Positions 51,449 to 62,472 of a DNA stretch of 64,000 nucleotides are shown here, piece by piece. How positions within the stretch are numbered: position 1 is the stretch's first letter; every line of letters begins with the position of its first letter. This DNA comes from Lepidodermella squamata (Eukaryota; Animalia; Gastrotricha): positions 310,001-374,000 of the forward strand of contig JBLDXI010000020.1 of assembly GCA_047495785.1 (NCBI GenBank). The letters are read 5' to 3'. The notes below the pieces were generated by a model. That model saw nothing but the letters and a program-made list of their open reading frames with translations. It was not told where the DNA came from and did not search any database. The translations under genes and the position numbers were made by a program.

Positions 51449-53206
51449 ATGGCTGACCGCAGGAAGGACGTTGAATGTCCCGACCTTGTCGACTCTCTTC
51501 TTCTTTTTCTGTCGCCGAACAATGGCCTGCTACGCACTTGGTCAGGACTTGCCAAACTGACATTCAAGTCGAACGCGACCACCAAGGCTGTGATTCGAGC
51601 GGCCTATTCAGGCGACTCACGTTACTACGTGCTGCTGAACGCAATCAGGTTGGCTGAGAAGAAAACTGCAAAGGAGCGCGACGACGGCTATTTCACCACC
51701 GTTACCCGAGAAGACGCTGTTAAGCCGATCAAGGTGATTGAAAGCGCTCTGAGGCTTCGCGTTCCGCTCATCAAACGCATCGATCTTCAACTGCCCAGCT
51801 TTTGCGATGATCCGCGCATGTTCAACCTGACCGCAGAACAAACAAGGTTAGTAATATAGAAGTATACGTTTTTACAATTTTTAGGCTATTTTTGGCTATT
51901 TTTGGCGTATGTACAGCGTCTCCCAAAAATTGCGAAAATTTTTTTAGTTTAGGTTGGTTTTAGATGGTAACTGGCTCGGTAATTTTCGGTATTTTACCCG
52001 GTTGGGCCAAATTCCTCCGGACCTTTTTAATCCCGTAAACCCGTTAGTGGCATACTTAATTATATTCTCGTGATTTTTGGATATTTTTATAAAATTTCTG
52101 GCCGTAAGATGGGACTTCGTCTCTCATTTATGAGTTTCTGAAGCCTTTTCCGTGCATTTTCTCCGCTTGCTGTACATATAAACTGTAGTTCCTCTTTAGC
52201 GCAAAACGAAACCTCAGAAATGTTAATAAGGTCCCTCCAATTAAGATAATTTGCCTCGTTATATTTTCAACAGAGAGTTCCTGAAATCTTTCAAGGTTCT
52301 GATCAGTCGCGGCCTACCGTCTGACGAAGTGACCAAGGGGGCTTCTAGCGTAGCGTTGCTCGTCGCCATCGATTTCATCGACAGGTCTATTGCCAGCATG
52401 TTGAACGAGCCAACGGCCATGTTGAACGAGTCCGTCGCGGTGTACGACAAGCTGGCGACCGAATTCATCGCGAAAAACAAACATCTTCTTCGCCCGAATT
52501 TGCCAATCATTCAGGGCAAGGTCAAAGTGAAGCCGCAGGCCATCGAAGAGGCTATGGCGAGCCCAGATGAAGAAATCGAATTCGATCGCCCAGGCTCAAG
52601 CGCGTCGAGCATCTCGCTTTCTTCGTTTTCCGAATCGAGCCATTCCGTTTTAGACCTGGAAGACGATGTCGATGTACTGAACCAACTGGCCGGCAATTCC
52701 GCTGACCAAACGATCGTCGCTGCTCCTCCTAATGAACGACCAGACAGCAGCGTCAGTAATGCCTCGCGAAAACGCCAACTGTCATCAGCCACGACCTCTT
52801 CAACCTTGCCGTCTTCGTCTTCTTCTACACCAATTGACAACGAGCCAGTCATACCTGAAACTGCAAGCGACGCTTCAGAATCTAAAAAGGTAATATCCAT
52901 CAACTGTGTTGCAGCTTTTCCTAAATGATTACCTTACTTACCTAGATTCGAGTGGACGAGACGAAGCTGTGGCGGCACATCTTCACGCCGAATCCACAAG
53001 ACCATCGCTTTCTCGACTTGACGCACCAATTCCCGCTCAATTGGCCGGCCGAAAATGTGCAGCTGCCACCCGAAGTCCAGGCTTTCAGCGACATGGTCTC
53101 GAATGGCGCGCAACCTGAACACGCAGCAATGCTCTGTTATAGAGGTTCTGAATTCTCTTGTGAAATCATTCACCATACAATTGATGCAATTGAAATAACT
53201 GTTTGA
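51449..53206 (+). CDS. Second MULE-borne gene, 424 aa, unknown function
   Basis: Exons 51449-51846, 52274-52889, 52946-53206 join in frame through GT-AG introns; helical N-terminal part, Ser/acidic low-complexity middle with RKR, compact C-terminal domain. No family recognised. Confidence 0.75.
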
Positions 53207-53922
53207 ACAACTAATCGATTTTCATTCGCTATTTCTTGTTTTCGACAGTTTCCGCTATCCTGCTTGGTTAATTAATTGATAGCTTGTGTTACGATGAATT
53301 TGTAGTTGAGACAGCATTGCAGTTTGCTAATTGACAGGCTTGAGCGCTCAATTTTATAATAAAACGTTTCCAATCAGCATATTTCTTTTCCGTCGCTCTA
53401 TAAAGGAGCCCTAAAAAGGCAGAATTCGTAAGTAACACGAAACATTTAGACAGACAGAAAGACTGTGAGAGGTAACAGAAAAGTTGAACTCAACTTTTTT
53501 GATGATTTTACGATGGGCGTCTAATCGAGACGAATCACACATAGGCGGTGAGGCGCCCCGACCGTTTTTAATTGCTAAACGTCGCGAGACAAATTGTAAA
53601 ATAAATCAGTATATCAGGGTGTCAGTTTACACCAGCTGTCAGATGACGTGGGACACCTCGATGTTTGCACGAGTGCGGTGACATTACTTCAATTAACCAG
53701 CCCGAGATGAGCTGGTCTCTTGTCTGTTAGTTGCATGTCGCAACTGTTTTTTTATTCCAGTGTAAAAAAATTCCTAATCCTGCCTTCTATGATAGGATAA
53801 AGGTCGGAGAAAGTAGAAAATTTCAATTATTTCAATCTTGGATGGGATAAAAATCAAGATTAAAAAAAATTGCTACCCTGTTGCATTCGAACTTCCATAG
53901 AACGCGCACCGATGTGCGCGAC

Positions 53923-54122
53923 CAGGATCAGGATCAGGAATTACGATTTCTCCTCGCCCTGACGGACTCAAGCTTTCGCCATACGGCGGAGCTGGTGAGA
54001 CAATTGCGACCTCACGCTCCAGGAAAGTTTGGTCTGGTTTACTGACTACTTAATGAATTTCCTACCCCTGGTACCCCAGTTACTGCTGACTGTTTCTCCA
54101 GGGCCAAGGCATTAGTGCCCAG
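53923..54122 (-). mobile_element. 200-bp 3'-terminal LINE fragment inside the MULE
   Basis: About 90% identical by manual alignment to 45498-45698, including the ATCCTG tail. Confidence 0.85.
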
Positions 54123-54417
54123 TAAATGTTCACTTGTTTCACGGTGGCAAATGGCAAAAATACGCGTTCCTCCTGAAGTAATGCGTTACTCAAAAAAAAG
54201 TAAAGTAATTCGCTATTTTGGCTTAAGTAACGCCTAAACACCTAATAATCACTTGATGGATGACCTAACGGCTAAGCATGGGGTCAAGGTCTAAAGAAAA
54301 TAACAGTCATAATGAAGCGTTTGAAAAACCTCACAAATGGTGTTTCAATAATATAACTATATTTTGGAATGTAAACCAACAGAATGGCGGTAAAAACGCT
54401 TAGAAAGCAGCGCTGGC

Positions 54418-54591
54418 GAAATTTGCTTGGAAAGCAGTGCCCGGAGAGCAAAGTGTGTGCGTAGCAGGCAAATTGCCTGGAAAGCAGTGTTTTCCACGCA
54501 TACGCTCATTACGGCTTACTGCATGGAAAGCAGCTGCTTTCTGGGCGCACTGCTTTCCATGCTAACTTCTCCTCCAGAATAATCAAACGGC
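54418..54591 (-). repeat. MULE right TIR
   Basis: Inverted copy of 46890-47063, followed directly by the TSD ACGCAAGC. Confidence 0.93.
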
Positions 54592-55140
54592 ACGCAAGCA
54601 GTAGGTTTCTTTGCCAGTTGGCTAAGTGAGTGGGCCGCGAATAAACGGGTGAACGACGACCGTCTTACGTCTTACCGTTATCATCCGTTATTCGTTATCG
54701 TGTCTTTTAATTACTGTTGTCCAAGGTGATTCCATTCTACATCCCTGGATAGTGGATAGCTGATTTGACTGACATCAAACATCTTGGGCACGAGATATAC
54801 CGAGCTTTTGCTCGCCATCGCTTTTTTGCTCTGAACTGCGAGTTTTTTAATCAATAGAAACTCGCATGACACTTTCTATACAAAATTGTCTAGCCTAAAG
54901 CCACAGAGAACAATTAAATTGAGTTACACCTCACAATTGATTTAGTGCCTGGCGCCTAGTACCTATGCTAGTCACTTCAAACGTCACCCCTCGACGAAAT
55001 GCAACAAATAATCACGACATGTCTCTATTTCCCTTCCGTTTTTGGTTCACTGCCACGACGAGTTTACACGATATGTACTCGATTTATTTCATTAAGCGTT
55101 TTTATTTTAATCATGGTTTTGCAATAGATTTGCCTGAGAC

Positions 55141-56244
55141 ATGGCATTTTGTTATCCCAATTATGATCCTCGAAGGCAAATTGGACTGTTGCTGAAGAAT
55201 TTTCAAGTCAACCGTGAAATCTCGTTTCAGTCGTTATACGAAGGAATTGTGTACTCTCTCGCTATCGATAAAGCAGAGAGTAAATACTTGCTCTGTGGAA
55301 CATCGAGCGGAGTCATTGCCATCTATGACCCCTCACTTGTTCATCAAAGAAATGAATATCGACCCATAGCTCACATTGGCAAGTCAAGCCAGTTTTGCCC
55401 CTCTAATGTCAGGACTGTCTCCTGGTACCCTATCCACACTGGTTTGTTCGCCAGTAGCGGAGAGGACGGCAATCTCACTATTTGGGATACAAATCTCATG
55501 CGGCCACTTGATAAATACAAAATCGGGTGTGGAATATATTCTCATGCTTTCGGGCTTGCGCGATCTACTTCAACTCTTATTGCCGTGGCTTCTGAACAAT
55601 TCGCAATCCGAATAGTTGATTACAGAATTGGGTCGTCTTCTCATACTCTTGATGCGCATGAATCGGCTCAAGTCAGCGTGGCTTGGTCTCCCTCTGATGA
55701 TCGATTATTGTGCTCAGGAGGAAAGAACGGGCGGGCGCTGTTTTGGGACATGCGGATGTGCAAATCCCCATTGCTATCTCTTGGAAAGCCAAGTCGCTCT
55801 CTTCCATCAAGCACAAAAACTCATTGGACTCAGCTCAAAGCTCACAATGGCGCGGTCCTGAGTTTGCACATGGTTGACGATAACGTGACCATGTTAACGA
55901 TCGGTAGAGACAGAGTTCTTCGGTCTTGGGATGTTAGAACTGGAAAGTGGTTGAACGATCTAGCGGTGTTGAATAATAACATGTTACCTTGTCTTCATAA
56001 AATCGAAGTAACATCCGTATCCGCTAATTCCTCGCCCCCGGTCGCAATTGTACCAGACGGAAAGTCGGTTCGCGTGGTCTCCTTGTTGAACGGCATGACT
56101 TATCGTCGGCTGAATGCGCATTTTGATCAAATTGCCTCTGTTACCGTTATTGCAGACGGCACTTATCGAGTTATATCGGCGGGACATGACCAGTCAATTT
56201 TGATGTGGTCATATCAACCCTGTCAAATGAATGCAGACGAATAG
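55141..56244 (+). CDS. ERCC8: DNA excision repair protein ERCC-8 / CSA (WD40), single exon
   Basis: SLAIDKAESKYLLCG, VSWYPIHTGLFASSGEDGNLTIWDTN, GSSSHTLDAH..VAWSP, KAHNGAV match CSA WD repeats. Confidence 0.85.
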   Translation: MAFCYPNYDPRRQIGLLLKNFQVNREISFQSLYEGIVYSLAIDKAESKYLLCGTSSGVIAIYDPSLVHQRNEYRPIAHIGKSSQFCPSNVRTVSWYPIHTGLFASSGEDGNLTIWDTNLMRPLDKYKIGCGIYSHAFGLARSTSTLIAVASEQFAIRIVDYRIGSSSHTLDAHESAQVSVAWSPSDDRLLCSGGKNGRALFWDMRMCKSPLLSLGKPSRSLPSSTKTHWTQLKAHNGAVLSLHMVDDNVTMLTIGRDRVLRSWDVRTGKWLNDLAVLNNNMLPCLHKIEVTSVSANSSPPVAIVPDGKSVRVVSLLNGMTYRRLNAHFDQIASVTVIADGTYRVISAGHDQSILMWSYQPCQMNADE

Positions 56245-56474
56245 TAAAATGCTGTGGTATATTTTTGAAAATAAGCACATGTGATCTCAAACTCTTGAAT
56301 TTCCGATCGCGATGTTCATTTTTCATCATCGCAGACATGCGGCAGTCGATTTCACGCAAAATTAGCGCGGCTTCTTGAGATTAAATTGCTGCATGTAGAG
56401 ATATTCTTGCGTTTCATTTCATATACTGTTTACTGCGTAGGATCGATTATTCTAATATTTTGCGCTACTCAGCT

Positions 56475-57682
56475 ATGTCGTCAACTGAGAATCCCGTGCG
56501 CGTGGCAGTTTGTGGATTTGGACGAGCGGGGCGTATTCACAGCTCAAACTTGCTGCGTAATGCGGCGGCAGAATTAGTCGCCATAGTGGAAGTTCAGTCA
56601 GCTCAATCTGCGGCGTCTGATTACCTGCGCCAGCTGGGCGTGAAAAATCCGGATGCGTTGCTTTACACGCCAGAGCAGCTTCAGGATTTGTTGAGCGGAG
56701 ACAAAGTGGATGCCCTAATAGTGACTACTCCGACTCCAGACCATGAGCCATTCGTAAAGGGTAAGATTTTTTACACTCACTCTCGTTCTCAGCGTTATAT
56801 ATTTGCTCAGAATAGCGACATTTTTGTTATTGTATGTTTTACGTTTGTTTAGCTGGTCTCTCGGCGGCGAAAGCGGTGTTTTGCGAAAAGCCGCTCGCGC
56901 CCACACTTGAGGCAACTGCTGAGATGTACAAACTTGCAGAAAAACAAGGCTGTCCACTTTTCTGCAGCATGAACCGTCGATTTGATCCGACGATTAATGC
57001 ATTACGATCCACACTGAACACCGGCGTTCTAGGCAAGCCGCTGGTTCTGAAAACCGTCGCTCGTGATCACCCTGTACCGCCACTACACTACATTAAGACA
57101 TCAGGTGGCATGGTTCACGATTGTGGCATTCATGATTTAGATATTGCGTGTTGGTTGGTTGGCAGCTGGCCCGAAGAAGTTTATACGATGGCTTTTTGCC
57201 ACGATGCTGGAATTGCATCGATCGGCGACGTCGATACTGTCGCGATTTCGATGAAGTTTTCGAAGCCTACGCCATGCATAGCTACCTTGGACTTATCGCG
57301 CCATGGTAGTTACGGATATGACCAGCGTGTTGAGGTTCACTGCGAGAAAGGCATGCTTGAAAGCCAGGCGCAGCGCCAAAACGGCTTGGCGATCACGACT
57401 TCGCCCGGGTCGAATGGCCACCACGCGGGTACGATGGTCGCGCCGATTCTTTCGTCCTTTCCGACGCGTTACGCTGAGAGCTACAAAGCTGCTGTTGCCC
57501 ACTTCCTTTCGCTGACTAAAAATTACTTGCTGCGCCGTGAAGGAGCGAAAGTCATGCCCGAGCCGGAAATTGTTCCCGGCTGTGAAGTATTGAAGTCCAC
57601 GCTACTTGCCGACGCTGCCGAGCGTTCATTGAAAACAGGCAAGCCCGTTCGAATCAACTACGAGAAGATGTCGTTTGAGTGA
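56475..57682 (+). CDS. myo-inositol 2-dehydrogenase-like Gfo/Idh/MocA oxidoreductase (IolG-like), 2 exons
   Basis: Exons 56475-56760 and 56853-57682; GFGRAG Rossmann motif, TPTPDH, VFCEKP, NRRFDP, ARDHP, SGGMVHDCGIHDLD, YGYDQRVEV. Confidence 0.88.
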
Positions 57683-57867
57683 GGATATTAACACCCAGAA
57701 CAAGTTCCGGTGCTCGCTTGCAGCGTGTAGTTATGCGAATCGGCTGATAATCTATAATCGATAAATTATTTCGGCTGTGCCGCCTCGAACTCATGACTGA
57801 TAGATTGTTGCGTGATTAAACTTCTGTGATTTCCACGTTATTTTGATAGGGGCTGTTGATTATTTTT

Positions 57868-60357
57868 ATGAGTTTTGCCTCGCCACAAACCGACGATGAA
57901 ATCGCGAAAGAGCAGGTGAGTCATCCATTAGCTGATTAGCCAATAATTGAATGTTATTTGTCTTTATTTTGCGCTAATTAGATTTTCGACTTCATCAAGG
58001 AGGCGAACAAGACAAGCCAGCTTGGACCGGTTTCGTGGAATACGGCGCTCAAGTTTCTGAGAGCCAAGAAATTCAATTTGAAAGGAGCGCTAGATTTATT
58101 TGACACTTATCAGGTAGGCGTGATTAGTTAGCTAGTTACTCGATGGAAAATTTAATGAATGACGCTGATTGATTGATAGAAAACTCGCCTCAGCGAGAAC
58201 CTCGTCGATGTCAGCCCTTTCGAGATCGACGTGTGCCGCGAGCTGCTCAGCTGTAAAGTGACGGTGCTGCCAGCGCGTGGCACCGACGGTGCTGCTGTCA
58301 TACTCGTGTCTGTCCGTTTGTTCTCAGCCCCCGTGTGTCACACCGCATTTCTGCGCAGCTTTATCTATACCCTCGACGTGCTCACCGAAAAGAAGGAAGT
58401 GCAACAGAATGGCCTCATCCTGCTCGTCGACATGACGGACGCGTCCTACTCGAACGTCGATCTCAGCCTCGCGATGAAGGTCTACAACATCGTGCAGGGC
58501 GCGTACCCGGCCCGCCTACGCAACATCTTCATAGTCGACGCCCCACTCTGGTTTCGAGCTGCCTTCAAAACAGTTTCGACCGTGTTCAGACGCAAAATGG
58601 CAGATCGAGTTGTGTTCGCGGCTTCGACCTCGGAATTGTCGACTCGAATCGGCGGTCGCCAGGCGCTGCCGACCCATTTAGGCGGAACTGCTAAGGTGGA
58701 TCACCACAGTTGGTTCGAGCAGTGTCTGTTATGGCACCCGGATTCGTCGACGGTCGACGTCCCGCGAACCCTCCGGCAAGCGTCCGGTAGTCTTGGAAGT
58801 AACTCGCCCAACGTTAATTCCGCGAGGGGTTCCCGGGCCTCTCATGGTACGCTCAATATTAAAGGTCTGACGATCTCGATAGTAAAAGCCAGTCAGCCGC
58901 CGGGAAATCACCGATTAGACAGCGAGTCGGATTCGGAATCGGATAAGGAGGACGTTTCGAAACTCGGTACAATGGGTTCGGTTGACGAGGACGACCAAGC
59001 CCAGCACCAGCCGATCGAGCCCGGCATGATGACGCCGAACGAACTTGTCGACTACGTGCTGCAACTCGGGGAAATGGGTCTCAGGAAAGAGTACGCCAAG
59101 TTGCGGGCAGCTCCTCTGGCCGGCTCTTGCTCGGTAGGCCGCAAGTCGGAAAACGTGTTGAAGAACCGCTACACCGACGTGCCGTGCTATGACTCGACCC
59201 GAGTTCGGCTGAATCTTCCCGTCAGTGACAGCGACTACATCCATGCGAACTTCGTATCACTCGCCTACCAACCCGCGGCTTTGATAGCCACGCAAGGCCC
59301 ACTCGACAACACCATTGCCGATTTCTGGTCGATGGTGTGGCAGTACCAAGTGCGGGTAGTTGTCATGGCGACAAAGCTGCACGAGCGGGGCCGTACAAAG
59401 TGCGCCCCGTACTGGCCGAGCGCGAGTGGGGCTCAGCTGATTTGCCAGCCGTTCATCGTATCGAACATGAGCGTGGACGTTTCGTCGTCACACTGGACCA
59501 TTTCCACACTATCGATAGTCGACACATTGTCAGGCACCGAGCGCACTGTCTTCCACCTGTTCTTCCACGGCTGGCCGGACTTCGGCATTCCCGAAGTTTC
59601 GGTTTTCTGCGACTTTCTCGACGTTGTCGATAAGCATGTAGCCTATTCCGGCCGCGCCGATGCCAGTTTGCCGTCATCTCCGGACCTCCTTGCAGGTCTC
59701 GTTAGCGAAGTCGCTGCAACATCTGCTGATTCTGCGACGGGCAGTGAGTCGGGCGGCGACGCGGCTGCCCACCACTCGCCCATTGTCGTGCACTGTTCGG
59801 CGGGCATTGGACGGGCCGGAACGTTCTGCGTCGTGTGGCACTGCCGGCACCAGCTCGCAATTTCAGAAACGAAACCGCCGCGTGTCGATCTAATGAGCGC
59901 CGTTCACTCAGTGCGAGCTATGAGGGTGAGTTACATTTTATTTCAGTCCAAAACCCTGAAGGCATCAATTCTAATATAAGTATTAAGGTGGTATGATCAC
60001 ATTCAAAATTTTCTATTCAATCTTTTGTAGATCAGTTGAGGTGGAAATAATTTTATTATGCGAATTTTACCTGTTATGTCTGTGTATTGATGGATGACTC
60101 GATCGATTTAACTGAGGCTACAGAGCCGTGAGAATAGCCTTGGCGAAACGCCTTGTTTGCGTGTCACTCTGCGGTCGCAGTGTCCACCTTAATGTCTAAT
60201 ATTTGTCTTTGTCATTCTTGCACAGGCTCTGGCCGTTCAAACTGCTGACCAATTTGGGTTTTGTTGGCTCGCTGTCATCGAGATCTGCCGCAGGCGTGGT
60301 CTAGTGACGAAAAACATTTCCGGCGTGCAACAGATCGTTTCTCAGCTGCAATCCTAA
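57868..60357 (+). CDS. PTPN9: Tyrosine-protein phosphatase non-receptor type 9 (PTP-MEG2; CRAL-TRIO + PTP)
   Basis: Sec14/CRAL-TRIO N-terminus (ALKFLRAKKF, QGAYPARLRNIFIVDAPLWF, LPTHLGG), PTP domain KNRYTDVPCYD, DYIHANFV, IATQGP, WPDFGIP, HCSAGIGRAG; last exon 60226-60357 with VQTADQFGFC. Confidence 0.92.
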
Positions 60358-62224
60358 CGCACTGTCCCTTCTGCCGATGTTATGCTGCTGCTGCTGCTGA
60401 TAATGTCCTGTATCCGTCCGCCTCGCTACGTTGAAATTAGAATATTACTGCATTGCTACTACGCTATTACTTCTACTACTGACCCCTCAATGTCTTCTTC
60501 TTCATCAACTACGCTACGTGTTTTGTTGTCGCGGCGCTGTTTACACTGGGTTCTTTTTATATGATGAAAAAGCAAAACAATAACACATCGGAATGCTAAT
60601 TCCGGTAAAAAATGTATCTCCTACTCTAAATAATGTTAGGCAGTGGTTTGTAGATTTTTTTAATTTGGGCTTTGCGCAAGCGTTTATATTCACTGGGTTT
60701 CTGACACTTGGCTTTCAGGCGGCGTAATAGAGCTGCCCTATAATCTATAAATAACTACTAAATTATTTAATCACCTTACGTGTTCGTCACCAGCACTTGC
60801 TAATGCGCGTGATGATGTGATCTGACGTTGAGTGAAATATAAATCACACGGCCGTTCCTGCTTCTTCCTCCGCTATTTTTTCTGTATTTTGCGACGAAGC
60901 TAAATTATGGCCGCATATCAGACACTTGTTGTTGATGAAAAAGCGTTGGCAAGCCCGCTTTACGTATTTTATACATTTTAAAGTGGGTATTTTGATGTTG
61001 TATTAAATTATTGAAAATGCTACACCCCGTAAAAATGCGGCGTCCAGCATTTCTGCGATGGTGATGTGACCGATGTTCGATGAAGATGCTACTATATTTT
61101 TCTGTCGGTTGTGACCATGTTACCGAACGCACGGCACGCATTTTATGTTCGTATGATGAGACGATAGCGAAAAATATTATGATATGACAATAATGTTGAA
61201 GAAAAACAGCAATCGTATCGGAAATAAACGAATTTGAAACGATTGGATTCAAACGGTCTTTTTACTGTCCTTGTTGGCTAGGGTACGACCACTGCGTAGT
61301 TGGTGATACTCGCGTTTTGCTAGTTCGACTCTAATCCATTCGGGAACATCGCTGATTGCATGGTTAGCAGATCCATGCATTAATACACGAATAACCGGTT
61401 GGTGTCATTTTGGAAAAGATCGCATATACCTGCTCAGGTGAGCACTCTTGATTTTTGCCGTTACACCTGTCTGCGAGAAAACGGATTGCACCACAAGAAT
61501 CAGCGTGCTGTGGAACATTTAATAAGAGGACATTGTTTGTTACGCGATTCGGTCGGCAATTACAGGGTATGGGATGTACCATACCCATAAAGTAAAAGCT
61601 GAAGTTGGCAGTTGGCAGAAATTCTGGCAGCCAAACGGAAGGTGTTAGGTGTTATCAAGGTGCGGCTTTTTCTATAAAATAGGCATGGTCAATAACAACA
61701 TGTAACAAAAATGAAGTCAAGCGGATGTTTGGAATGTTGTGAAATCATTCTGCTAACATGCATGCATGCAGCAATTGAGCAAGCGTGGCGATTCCGTGGG
61801 AAAAAAGCCCGCCAAATCTGCCGCAAATTTATGCATTCAAATGCAATTTTTAATATCAAAATAGGTTTATTACTTTTAAATAATATATATTTTTAAATAA
61901 AATTTGTATTCAATTATTCTTCACCATGTTGCACACGAGTTGTTCGAAGTATCTTCGCCACAGCGTTGCTTTGCGCTTGTTTGACTCGTGACCTACCGCT
62001 TTGGACTGATGGGAGATGACTCGTGTAGCTACATAGCTTCTTTTGGAGGAAATCTTGAATGGATGCCGGCTTTTTTTATGACCATGCTCGAAGATCTCTG
62101 TTTGGTCTACTTTGATGGCTTTAAGTTGTGTTTTGAACCGAATTCATGGATGACATACGCATCAGTGTCCACTTGTTCACATAATTGTTTGATTTTAGAT
62201 AATTTGAATTAACTGATAGCGAAA

Positions 62225-62441
62225 ATGTATCAGCAGGGAATGCAAATGCCGCATGATAAGACTATAACTGTTCCCAGAATGTTTCGGGACAACATAGTTC
62301 GACAGCTTCAAGAAGAAATGACGCGGTGCGGTGGTATTGGGAAATCGCCCGTCGAAGTCGAGCAGTACATTTACGATACCATTCACTCTAAGGAGGAGTA
62401 CCTTGAAAAGGTCGGCAAAATGATTCTTGCTTTACAGACAA

Positions 62442-62472
<31 letters not shown>

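Larger units (their letters stand above)
46890..54591 (+). mobile_element. Full-length Mutator-like DNA transposon (MULE), 7702 bp
   Basis: 174-bp TIRs starting G and ending C; identical 8-bp flanks ACGCAAGC at 46882-46889 and 54592-54599 (TSD); encodes a MULE-type DDE transposase and a second gene. Confidence 0.93.
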
